64,000 nt of DNA, from positions 1-64,000 of the forward strand of contig MEDY01000117.1 of assembly GCA_001724265.1 (NCBI GenBank), in the 5' to 3' direction. This document shows positions 1 to 10,415 of the stretch, one piece after another (the stretch's first letter is position 1; the number at the start of each line of letters is the position of its first letter). Below the pieces are notes generated by a model. That model ran no database searches. It saw only the letters and a program-made list of their open reading frames with translations, and had not been told where the DNA came from. Origin of the DNA: Rhizaria sp. SCN 62-66. Its lineage: Eukaryota. A program made the translations under genes and the position numbers.

Positions 1-3000
1 CCGCCTCCGCCGCGCCCCCCGCTGCGGCCGTCGCTGCGGCGTCGTCGGCCGAGGTCGCGAGCGCCATGGCCGCCGTGCGCGCGCTGCTGCTCTCGCGCGC
101 GGCGCTGCTCTCGGCGCCTGCCGGCCGCCCCGCCGCGCGCGTCGCCTGGGCGCCCTTCGCGGACGCGCCCGCCGCCGCGCCCGCATTGCTGTCGGCCGCC
201 GCTGCGGCGGAGCTCGTCGGCCGCGACCGCACCGCCGCGCACCAGATGCTGTGGCGCGCCGTGTGCGTGCCTGCCGCGGCGCTGTCCCCCGCTGCGACCG
301 CGGAGGCGCTGGCCGCGGCCGCCGCGGCCGCCGACGCCGCGCCGGGCGCCGCGCTGGCCGGGTCCCCGCTCACCGTGCCCGCGGGCGCTCCGCTGCAGCT
401 GGCCCTGGCGCTGCCCGCCGCCGCGCCAGACAGCTGGACCGCGCTCGCGCTCTTCTACCTCCGCTGCGGCGACGCGCTCATTGACGTCGTCAGCGCGGTC
501 CCGCACGCTGACGTCGACGACGAGGCCGAGGCGGAGGCCGCTGAGGCTGCCGAGGACGCCGCTGCTGTCGCTGCCGCGGGCGGCGACTACGAGGCTGCGC
601 TGCGCGTGGTCTTCAGCGCCGATGCCGTCGCCAAGGCCGCGCTGGCCTCTGCCGCCGTTCTCGCGCCGCACGCACACGCGCACGTGCATGCGCAGCCGCT
701 GCTGTCGGCGTTCCCGTTTGCGCCGCTGTCGTGGCTGCGCCGCGCGCAGCGCTGCCGTCGCGCACGGCTTGCAGCTGCGTCCTTCTGCCTGTCGCAGGCG
801 CTCTCGCTCGCGCCCGACTGCCCCGCCGCGCTGTCCGCTGCCGCGCTGGTCGCGCTCGAGCGCTGCCTCGCCTCGGCCGCGCCCGCGCCCGACGCCCCGG
901 GCGTCGCGCTCGCCGCGCTGCTGCGCCTGACCTCGCTCCCGCTGCCGCTCTCCAGCGAGGGCTCGAGCGTTAGCGACCGCACCATTGCTAGTTCCGGTGC
1001 GGGCGTGCTGGGTCGCGCGGCTGCGCTGGCACTGGCTGTGCCCGCGCTCTCGCTCGCGGGCCGCCGCATGGACAGCCTCGAGGCGCGCGCCGCCGCTGCC
1101 GCAGCGCAGACCGCTGCTGAGACCGCTGGCGCGGCCCCGCACCTCGCTGGCGCGGCCGCGGGCAGCGCGCTGATTGCTCACGGCACCTTCCTCTCGCTGC
1201 CCGCGGGTGCGGGCGGCGCGGGCCCGCTGTCTGGCGGCAGCAGCAGCGGCGCGACCACCGTGCCGCTGTCGCTGCGCGCGGCGACGCCGCTGGCGCGTGC
1301 CTTCCTGTCCGCTGCGGACGCCGCGCTGGTAGCGCAGTGCCCGCTCGCCGCCGCGCACCTGGCCGCGCGCGCCGCCGCTGCTGACGCCGGCACGGACACG
1401 CTGCTGCCGCCAGCGGCCGCGTCGGCCTCGGCCCCGGCCTCTGCCGCCGCAGCTGTCGCAGCGTTGCCCCGCGCGGCGTCGCTTTCGTACGACTGCCTGC
1501 TGCGCGCCGCCCGCGCCTCGCTGCAGCTGGCGCTTCAGTCCTCGTCCTCGTCCGCTGCGCTGCTCGCCAACGGCGGCGGCGGCGGCTACGGCGGCGCTGA
1601 CCCGGCCGCCGAGGCGGAGCGCGTGTGCCGTGCTCTGGCCCGTGCGGTGCCGCTGCTGGCGGCCGCGCTCGTGGCCGCGGGCGTGGACTCCGCCGCGCTG
1701 CCCGTGCCCGCCGCGTGGCGCGCCCTGGCCGACGCGCTGGCGCACCCCTCCGCGGCCGTCGTCCCCGGCGCTGCCGCGCTGGCCGCCGCGCTGGGCTCGG
1801 CCGAGGCCCTGGTCGCTGCCCTGCGCCCGGCCTCGGCCACGCCCCCCATGCTCGGCGACGCAGCCGACCCCGCCGCCGCAGCCGCGGCCGCTGCGCTTGG
1901 CCTGCCCGCCGCGGGCGCGGGTGTTGACGCCGCCGCACTCATCCCTGCAATCGGCTCCACAGGCACCGCTTCCACAGCTGCTGCCATGGCACCCACTGCG
2001 GCCTCTGCTGCAGCGAGCGCTGCTGCCAGCGCTGGCGGCTCTCCGCCCGCGCGCGGCTCGACCTCGCGCACCGCCGCGGCCGCTGCGGCTGCTGCTGCTG
2101 CTGCCGCTGCTGCCGCTGCTTCCGCTGCCGCCGCCGCTGCTGCTGCCGCCGCTGCCGCCGCGCCGCGCTCGTCTCTGCCCGTGGCGGCCGCGACGCCCGC
2201 GCCCTCGGTCGCCGTGCGCGCCGCCGCCGCGCGGCCCGTGCTGCTGCTGCTGGCGCAGGCCTTCGCCGCTGCGCGCGCTGTCTGGCGTGGGACCCACGCA
2301 GAGCTCGCCCGCGCCGCCGGCCTCACCGCTGCCGTGCTCGTGGGCGCGCACCAGGCCTGGGCCAGCGTAGCCGCCGCTGCCGCCGCGGCCGCTGGCAGTA
2401 GCCGCGTTGGCGACTGCGGGCTCGAGAGCGCCGCGTTCGCGCCCCTCGCCCTCGCCGCTGCCGCCGCGGATGCTGAGGCCGACGGTGACGACCACGAAGC
2501 CGCTGAGTTGTTGGCCGCGAGCGCCAGCGCGTGGCATGCCGTGCGCGCGCTCGCGCCCGCGGCAGCGTCTGTGCCTGCCGCCGCCGCCGCCGTCGCCGCT
2601 GCCACTGCGCGCGCGTACCTGAGCGCGACTGCGATCGCCGCGCGCGCGGGCGACGCTCACGCTGCCGCTGCTGCCCTCGCGCGCGCACAGGCTGCCGCGA
2701 CGGAGGCCGCGTCTGCCGCTGCTCGCACCACTGCCGCGGGAGTCGCCGTGCCCGCCTCGGTCACGGCTACGGTGCGCGCTGTCACTGCCGCCGTTGCCGC
2801 TGCTGTCCCCGGTGCGGAGTCCGTCACTGCGGCCGTCGGTGGTGGCGCGGCTGGCGCCGTCACGACGGCCACGGCCTCGGGTGCGGTTGCGCTGGCCTCC
2901 GCGCGTGCTGCGGCGGCCGCTCAGGCCACGGTGGCGACCGCGGAGGCCGCTGCTGCTGCGGGCGGCGCCGGCGCAGTGCGCGCGGGCCCCGGCACAGGCA

Positions 3001-3077
3001 AGCAATTCTCTGGACCTGGTGCCACGGTTAACGTGACTGTGGGCGTCGGGCGCCGCTTTGCTCAGCTCAAGATATAA
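1..3077 (+). CDS. 5'-truncated Ala-rich protein with possible TPR-like helical repeats; function unknown
   Basis: The frame of ORF 66..3077 is open back to the window start, so the real start is probably upstream. It ends at TAA 3075-3077, followed by an AT-rich spacer. Segments DSWTALALFYLR and AASFCLSQALSLAPDCPAALSAAALV look TPR-like, but only weakly. Confidence 0.6.
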   Translation, partial: ASAAPPAAAVAAASSAEVASAMAAVRALLLSRAALLSAPAGRPAARVAWAPFADAPAAAPALLSAAAAAELVGRDRTAAHQMLWRAVCVPAAALSPAATAEALAAAAAAADAAPGAALAGSPLTVPAGAPLQLALALPAAAPDSWTALALFYLRCGDALIDVVSAVPHADVDDEAEAEAAEAAEDAAAVAAAGGDYEAALRVVFSADAVAKAALASAAVLAPHAHAHVHAQPLLSAFPFAPLSWLRRAQRCRRARLAAASFCLSQALSLAPDCPAALSAAALVALERCLASAAPAPDAPGVALAALLRLTSLPLPLSSEGSSVSDRTIASSGAGVLGRAAALALAVPALSLAGRRMDSLEARAAAAAAQTAAETAGAAPHLAGAAAGSALIAHGTFLSLPAGAGGAGPLSGGSSSGATTVPLSLRAATPLARAFLSAADAALVAQCPLAAAHLAARAAAADAGTDTLLPPAAASASAPASAAAAVAALPRAASLSYDCLLRAARASLQLALQSSSSSAALLANGGGGGYGGADPAAEAERVCRALARAVPLLAAALVAAGVDSAALPVPAAWRALADALAHPSAAVVPGAAALAAALGSAEALVAALRPASATPPMLGDAADPAAAAAAAALGLPAAGAGVDAAALIPAIGSTGTASTAAAMAPTAASAAASAAASAGGSPPARGSTSRTAAAAAAAAAAAAAAAASAAAAAAAAAAAAAPRSSLPVAAATPAPSVAVRAAAARPVLLLLAQAFAAARAVWRGTHAELARAAGLTAAVLVGAHQAWASVAAAAAAAAGSSRVGDCGLESAAFAPLALAAAAADAEADGDDHEAAELLAASASAWHAVRALAPAAASVPAAAAAVAAATARAYLSATAIAARAGDAHAAAAALARAQAAATEAASAAARTTAAGVAVPASVTATVRAVTAAVAAAVPGAESVTAAVGGGAAGAVTTATASGAVALASARAAAAAQATVATAEAAAAAGGAGAVRAGPGTGKQFSGPGATVNVTVGVGRRFAQLKI

Positions 3078-3435
3078 TGCTCCTTGAGCTATTTCATCGA
3101 TGACCGCCACCACAGTCAACTAACCTTCGCTTTCTTAGTTCTTTTATCAAATGACTCAATTTCATATTGCTCATCTGTACACATAATCAATACAACAACA
3201 CTAATTATAGTCGTTATTTTCTTCTGCTGATGTAAAAAATAAGGCTATGTATCCGTATTGTTTATGCTTAGACACACAACTGCAGCTTGAAAGATGATAA
3301 GCGAGGTGTCTGAAATAATAACATTGTAAGACATAAAAAAAAGATTTTCATAATAAAATAACTCAAAAACAATGTTGGGGTCACATCGTACTACGTTAAT
3401 ACGACATTCACCCAATTTAATGTCAGATAAAGTGC

Positions 3436-4726
3436 TCAGTAGCGCTCGCACCAGTCGTCGCCGAGCACTTCGAGCAGGAACTGCATGACGAGCCCGCGCG
3501 CCTCGTTGGCCTCGAACGTGGACGCGATGCTGTCGTGCGACAGCCCCTGCAGTACCTGCCAGCGCCCGCGCACGCCGCTGCGCGCGAGCACGCGTTCCAG
3601 CTTCGCGCCGTCGCTCTGCAGACCCAGGTCTCTGGACGCATTCAGCAGCAGATGCGGCGGCAGACGCAGCAGCGGGCCCACCCACGTGTAGTCCGCCGAC
3701 GCGGGCGCCGGCTCAGTCGCGGACTCGGAGTCAGCGCCAGCCTCGCCGGCAGTGACCACTGCGCCCGTCGCAGACGAGGACGACGGCTCGGGACCGCCGA
3801 GGCCGCTACCGCTCGCGCTGCTGCTGGAACGGCTGCTTCGGGCCCGGACCGCGCTCCGGAAAGCGTCATCGTCACTGGCGGCGCCACTGCCCCGCACGCC
3901 CTTGTCGTCGGGCTCGCCGTCGCTCTTGCCCTCGCTCTCGCTGTCGTGCTCGCCGTCGCGCTGCCCCACCACGGCGTTGGCCACCACGCCCACCGCTGCC
4001 ACTGCGGACGCGGGCGGCGCGCGCGGGGTGGCCTTGCCCGCGGCGACCGTAGCTGCGGCTGCGCGCGCGTCAGCGGCAGCTGTGACAGCACGAACCGTGT
4101 CCGGAGACACGCCCGCAGCTGCGAGCGCGTTGGCGATGGCGAAGACGCGACGCTGGATAATGTTAGGAGGAGAGGCGCGCTTGAGCGACTCGGTTGTCAT
4201 GCCGAAGAGCCCAAACAACCAGAGAGAGCGGAAACTCACGTTCTGGATGTGGAACCACGAGCGCGAAACCTGTGAAAGAAGATGGACGAATTCAAATAAA
4301 ATGAGCAAGATATAAGCGGAGATATCTGGAGGAAGATAGTGTTCATCTCATTGCGTTCTTGATCTAAGTCGAACATGAAACATACCGGTTTGTGAAGAGA
4401 ATAAACACCGCTGACGCAAACGATGCCGCGCACGGCGGCCCTGAGCGCGTCGCCGCGTCCACGCAGCAGCGCCACGGCCCTCGCGGCCGCGGCGGCGCGC
4501 GCCTGTTCAGGACCCATCGCCTCGGCCTCGCGCGCTATCTGCGCTGCAGTCTTGACGAACGGCGCCGCAGCCGCTGCAGCCTCGGCCTCGGCCAGCAGCG
4601 CGGGCGACACGGTGGCCGCAACCTGGGCCGCCAGTGCGCGCGCCGGGCCGACGATGCTCCACGACGCGGCAGCAGCGTCCGCGGTAGGCGCAGCGACGAC
4701 AACGGCACTGCTGCTTGAACGACTGA

Positions 4727-4757
<31 letters not shown>

Positions 4758-6032
4758 ACCGGAGAGCTGATCCACTTCCTCTGACTGCGCAAGCTGCGCC
4801 TGTGCGCGGCTGTGCGGCGAGTGCGTGTGCGCGCGCGTGAGCGAGCGGTCGACGAGGCGCAGCGCGGCGACGTGCTCCGCGGCGGCGTCCAGGAAGCGCG
4901 GGTCCGACAGCGCTAGCGAGGCGAGGTGGCCGCCCGCCGAGTGGCCCGACAGCACAATGCGCGACGTGTCCACCGCGCTGCGCAGCGCAGAGCCGCTGCT
5001 ACCGCTCCTCGCAGCACTGCTGTTGTCGTAGTTGAGAGCCTGCGCGCCGGGGAAGATGTCTGCGCCAAACTCCCAGACCCAGGCGAGCGCGTCGGAGCAG
5101 TCCGTCACGTGCGCGGGGTGCTTGATCCCGCCCGTGCACACGCGCATCACAGCGAAGCTCACAGCCACGAACGCGAACGTGCCGAGCAGGAACCACCACA
5201 CGGGTGGCCAGCCGCCGCCGGCGAGGAGCTGGATCACAGCCACGGGCGGGTACGTGAGGCAGAAGAGCACCAGCGCGCGCAGCGGGGCCTGCGGCAGCGG
5301 CGGGTCGGAGAGCCGGTACGACACGGCCACGGCCACGCAGCCGGCGGCGGCAGCGGCGCGGCAGGCCGCGGGCGCGCCGCGCCACTCGTTGGCGTGCGTG
5401 CCGCGCTGCCAGGAGCCGCCGTGGATGTGCACGAACAGCGGGCGCGGACGCACGGGCGCGGGAGAGCCGCGCATCACGCCGCCGTAGCCGAGGTCGGAGA
5501 CGCGGTACGAAGCGTCCATGGCGTCGTAGGCAACCGCGGCGGCGGTGTTGGCGACAGGGACTGGCGCTTGAGTGGCGGCGGGGTTGGGCGTGCACTGCCA
5601 GTCGCCAAGGGGCAGCGGCGCAAACAGTGCAGCAGGGTCATCAAGCAGCGCGCGCACTTCATCGGCGACAGCGTCGGCACTGTCTCCGGTACGGTCGAAG
5701 CAGCTGCCCGCGAGCGAGGGCGGGATATAGACGTCGATGACACGCTTACGCCGCTGGGTGATCCAGTCAGCGAAGTTGCGGCGAAAGCTCGCGATGGTGC
5801 CGTCACCGGAAAACTTGTACCACGCGCGGCGGCCGCAAATGGGGGAGCGTTGCTAGACGACGCGGCGCTGGAAGACTTCGTCGCATTGAGCGATATACTC
5901 AGTCTCGTACAGCACATGGGCTCGCTGCGGCACAAAGGGTTCGTCGATAGAGATGTTGCGGAGTACGCGAATTTGCTCGCGGTGGATCGGTGAGCTTGCC
6001 AAAAGCTCGGCCGTAATAGGGGACTCGGCCAT
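3436..6032 (-). CDS. Alpha/beta-hydrolase (HSL-like / isoprenylcysteine methylesterase-like esterase); exons 6032-4386 and 4269-3436; in-frame TAG at 5853-5855
   Basis: Motifs VIDVYIP, HIHGGSW, VAVSYRL, HPAHVTD, GHSAGG (nucleophile elbow), SGVY, ASP, PPHLLL..D and a C-terminal SH, plus two hydrophobic segments. Phase-0 intron 4270-4385 (GTATGT...CAG). ATG at 6030-6032 is in frame with ORF 4236..5657 across a single TAG. Stop is TGA. Confidence 0.85.
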
Positions 6033-7632
6033 CAAAGGCAGAGAGGGCGGGATTAAAGCCGCGCTATGCAGGAGAGATGATATAACGGCACAAAAAGAGG
6101 GTTCGAGGAGGAAGCTCTGTGAGCGTGCTCTCGGAGGATAATTCCATGTATAGAACGATGATTATGGAGTGTGCGTTTTGTATACAGGGTTTTCACATAA
6201 TTGAAAAAATAGATAATCTAAATCCGACCCGTACTGCCGACGTCTCTTGCCACATCGAGTTTGCTTTTTGTGCGGCTGGCAGGCGTGTTCGTCTGCAGCT
6301 CGGTGATTCAGAATCAATTTGTGGTGGAAATCATATTTAATAGCGTTTCACCCGCATACATGCAGTCTATACTGCATCAACGTGATAAAAGCACATCTAA
6401 AGCTACGTTCAAGCAGATAATCCTATTTTTGTGACACACAAGCGTGCATTTTCAGCACGAGATATCGATACAAAGGCAGGGAACATATGATGGAGCCTCA
6501 GTGTACATGTTGTTTAGAGACACATTAATGAGAGCAACGTGAATTTTTGCGCTAGAAAGCCGCTTAGTAACACAATAAAAATGCACCGACTTGTGATCGA
6601 TGCATTTTACACCAATATACGGGGTTTTACCGCGAGATTCAGGTTCTTTTCAAGTTGCACTCTCTGAAGACTCCTGCATCAAAGCGGTGACTCCAGTGAA
6701 GTGCATATTGTGTTCACAACATATAAACTTCAGACATGCTATCAAAGCAGTGTTTGAGTTTACTATATTTAAGATTCAGACGTGCTGGCCTCTGTTGTGT
6801 CATCGAGAATGCAAGTATATACTAGTAAACGCGTATCTACCAAGGCGATTTCGCTGCTACAAGCTGAAAATGAGATTTATAAGAAAGATGACCGGTTTTA
6901 TTTGGCATAGCAGGCTGCCATACATTTTAAATTCCAGTAAAAAAACTATGCGTTGCAGTCTCAAAGATATAGTCCTCTGTTAACCTTGATCAACACGCGT
7001 TCTACCGTTAATACATGGCATCTGTTACTGGCAGCGCGATACTAAATCAGGGATCACATCAGGTGGTGCTTGCCATTCAGAATAAAATTTGTATATACTA
7101 TATTAAAAATCAGCATTCATTACAAGCAATACAGTTGCATTAAAACATACAAATGAAGACTCTACGCAGCTGATGATGGTTTCGTGCTCTCAGCATGACT
7201 CTTCGCACGGTCGCCCAGCCACCTACCCCCCACGCGACCACCACTCAATGACAACCCAAGCTGAGCGTGTGGGGGCAATTTAGCGCGATCGATCACACAT
7301 GGTTTGAATGTGATTAAGAACTGCCAGTCACTCTCTATAATTTAAGAGCCGGTTTTCTACACCCACATTTAATAAGATTCTATTTCATGTCTCGTGAGCG
7401 CTAAGGTCACACTTTTCTTCTGGCTGCATACCTCCCAAAGCAATCGTCTTTCCGAATTGCATCTTTTTGCGTCTACCTCTTCTGCCTGACCTCGTATGGA
7501 GATTTAATCAACATGTCATGTAAATTCAGACTGCTAAATACCACGCGATTGCGGTTGACAATCTACAACACCACACGCTTCACCTTCACACCAACTTTTT
7601 CCTTAATCATTGTTCCTCCCTCCAAACCTCAG

Positions 7633-9787
7633 ATGTCTCGGCCGTCCCCTCTCGCGCCGTCGTCGTCGTCGGTGCGCATCCCGATTGCGTCTGATGGCTC
7701 GAAGAAGTCTCGCAAGCTCGGTCAGCAGTACGAGGAGCTTATCATGGAGACAGAGAAGAAGTCCAACCTCGTCATCGAGGGCCTCAAAAAGTACTACCGG
7801 GACTACATCAAGCCCATTGAGGCGACCTATCGCTTCGACGCGTGGCACTCGCCTCCACTCAGCGACTCCGATTTCGAGTTCATTTTGGTGACTGTTCTGG
7901 GTAACTTCTCCTGTGGTAAGACAACATTCCTGGAGTATATTCTTGAGCGCGGCTTCGGTGGCCGCGTTGGCCCCGAACCGACTACTGACACCTTCACCGC
8001 GGTCATGTACGGCGACCGTGAGCAGCGCATCCCGGGTAACGCACTCGCCGCGATGCGCGACCGCCCCTTCAACGCGTTGCAGCGTTTCGGTATGAACTTC
8101 CTGAACCGGTTCGACGGCGTGATGCTGCCGTCGCCGATCCTGCGCAAGCTCACGTTCGTCGACACGCCCGGCGTGCTGGCCGGCGAGAAGCAGCGCGTGC
8201 ACCGCGCCTACGACTTCCCCCAGGTCATCGAGTGGTTTGCCAACCGCAGTGACCGCATCTTGGTGTTCTTCGACGCCCACAAGCTCGATATCAGCGACGA
8301 GCTCAAGTCCACCATCGAGGCGCTCGGTGGCAACGAGGAGAAGGTACGCGTCATCCTCAACAAGGCCGACGCCGTGTCCGCGCAGGAGCTCATGCGCGTC
8401 TACGGCGCGCTCATGTGGTCGCTCGCGCGCGTGTTCAAGTTCCCCGAAGTTGTCCGCGTTTACGTCGGCTCCTTCTGGGGCAAGCCGTACGCGCGCGCGG
8501 ACAACGAGTCGCTGCTGATGCAGGAGGAGGCTGAGCTGCTCGCCGACCTCCGCTCGCTGCCCCGCAACGCCGCCATCCGCCGCGTCAACGAGATCGTCAA
8601 GCGCGCTCGCCAGGTACGATATATAGGACACATAATACGCAATATAAAGCTCAGCACTGCAATGATAATGAACTGAACACAATGCGCCTCGAGAGGGACA
8701 ACTCACAAAAAACAATTTCAATCCATTTTTTGTTCTTTGATCACAGGTCCGCACTCACGCGCTGATCATTGACCACCTGACGAAGCAGTTCTCCTTCTTC
8801 GGCAAGGCCAAGAAGCAGACGAAGCTGATCGACCGCATGCAGGAGGAGTTCATGCACGTGCACAAGACGCACCAGATCCCCGTGGGCGACTTCCCCCACA
8901 TGTCGCGTTTCTGCGACGTGCTCAAGGAGTTCGAGATCCACAAGTTCCCTGAGGTCGACAAGAAGGCCATGGCTAAGCTCGAGTGGACGCTTGACACCGG
9001 CATTCCCGAGCTGATGAAGATGATGCCCCCGGAGCTCAACTCCGGCGACGCCGCGCACTTCTCGTCCTCGGCGCTCGCCCACGAGGCGCCCCCGGCCTAC
9101 GGCGGCGCCGCGGGCGGCGAGGAGGGCGGGCTCATCCCGGCTCCCTCGGCGCTGGGCGCGCTTCACGTGCCCGGCGGCTTCGGCGACCAGGGCTCTGCCA
9201 ACCCGTTCGACGACGTCGAGGAGGCCCCCATCTCCTGGGTTATTTCCGACACCGAGCGCCAGCGCCACATGAACACCTTCTACGGCCTCAAGTACGTCGT
9301 TAATTTGACACATTGATATGACATCAGTCAGCTGAACATCTTTTAACTCAATATTGTCGATCTCACCTTGTGTTTTTTTGCTTTTCTGTCCCTGGCTCAT
9401 GGTCTCTGTTTCCACGATTGTTTCTTCTCTTTACTTGTGTTATTCTCTAGGCTCGTGTCCGGCAAGCTCTCTGGCGCCAACGCCAAGTCACTGCTGATGC
9501 AGTCCGGTCTTCCCAACAGCGACCTCAAGCTGCTGTGGAACCTGTCCGACATCGACCGCGACGGCTCGCTCGACGTGGACGAGTTCGTTTTGTGCAGCTA
9601 CCTCATCGAGCAGATCCGCACGCGCCCCGACTTCAAGCTCCCCGCGCAGCTCGACATGACCTACGTCCCGCCGTCCAAGCGCGAGATCTGGCTTAACAGC
9701 AACAGCGGCAGCAGCGCGCAGATGGCGCCCCCCGCCGCCGGCTCGCCTGGTGGCCCCAAGCCACCTGCGCGCCCCGCCCGCGGTTAA
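7633..9787 (+). CDS. EHD: EH-domain-containing dynamin-like ATPase (EHD/RME-1 family); exons 7633-8613, 8747-9291, 9451-9787
   Basis: P-loop GNFSCGKTT, GPEPTTD, DTPGVL, FDAHKLDISDE, LNKAD, RVYGALMWSL, VYVGSFW, and C-terminal EH domain GKLSGANAK...WNLSDIDRDGSLDVDEF...VPPSKR. Both introns are GT-AG and restore the frame. Stop is TAA. The ATG is directly preceded by CAG, so an upstream exon is possible. Confidence 0.95.
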
Positions 9788-10415
9788 ACACAACGACGAC
9801 ATGCCACTTCAGTTATTTGGGTTAAGTTAAGCTTGATCGCAGATGGCGTGGTGTTTATTTGTATGTGTGTGAGTACGTGTGCGTGTGACGACGATTGTGT
9901 TGGCAACTGTGCCGCTCTCGCTGTGCTTGAGTTACAGGCGCTGTTGTGCGCCATATTATGTTTCATGTTAATGTATGAGTTTGTTATTTCTATATTTGAT
10001 TTGAATGGAGTATTCAAGTGTATTTTGACTTGTGCGGTATACGTGCGGCATGTATTGTCCGTCTCTGTTATCACACTCTTATCGGTTATGATGCAGGTGT
10101 ATTTTTGTGTTCATGTGTGTTTTTGCTTGACCTGCAAAGATAGTGATTCTAGACGCACATTGTTTATGTTTGTTTTCTTTATGACGCAAGACCCATGAGC
10201 AAATACAAAGATGAAAACCCAAATGTCTGTTTTATCAACTCGAATATTTAACCTAATGAAGAACGCGATGGTTTATTGTTTTAACCATAATGTTGACATT
10301 CGCTTTTGTGTTTCTGACAATACTCAATATTTTTTCAAACTATTGTAACTACGGAGCCATATAGTCATAAGCGTGCACCAAGTGCATAGAGAAAGTGCCT
10401 GCCACGTATGGCGAC

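Noticed and set aside
6600-6983. 127-aa ORF in the esterase/EHD divergent spacer
   Set aside because: AT-rich, lacks the host codon pattern and has no motifs.
7171-7264. TGATGA...CTGA pair resembling a C/D snoRNA
   Set aside because: I could identify no convincing terminal stem or rRNA-complementary guide, and such boxes arise by chance.
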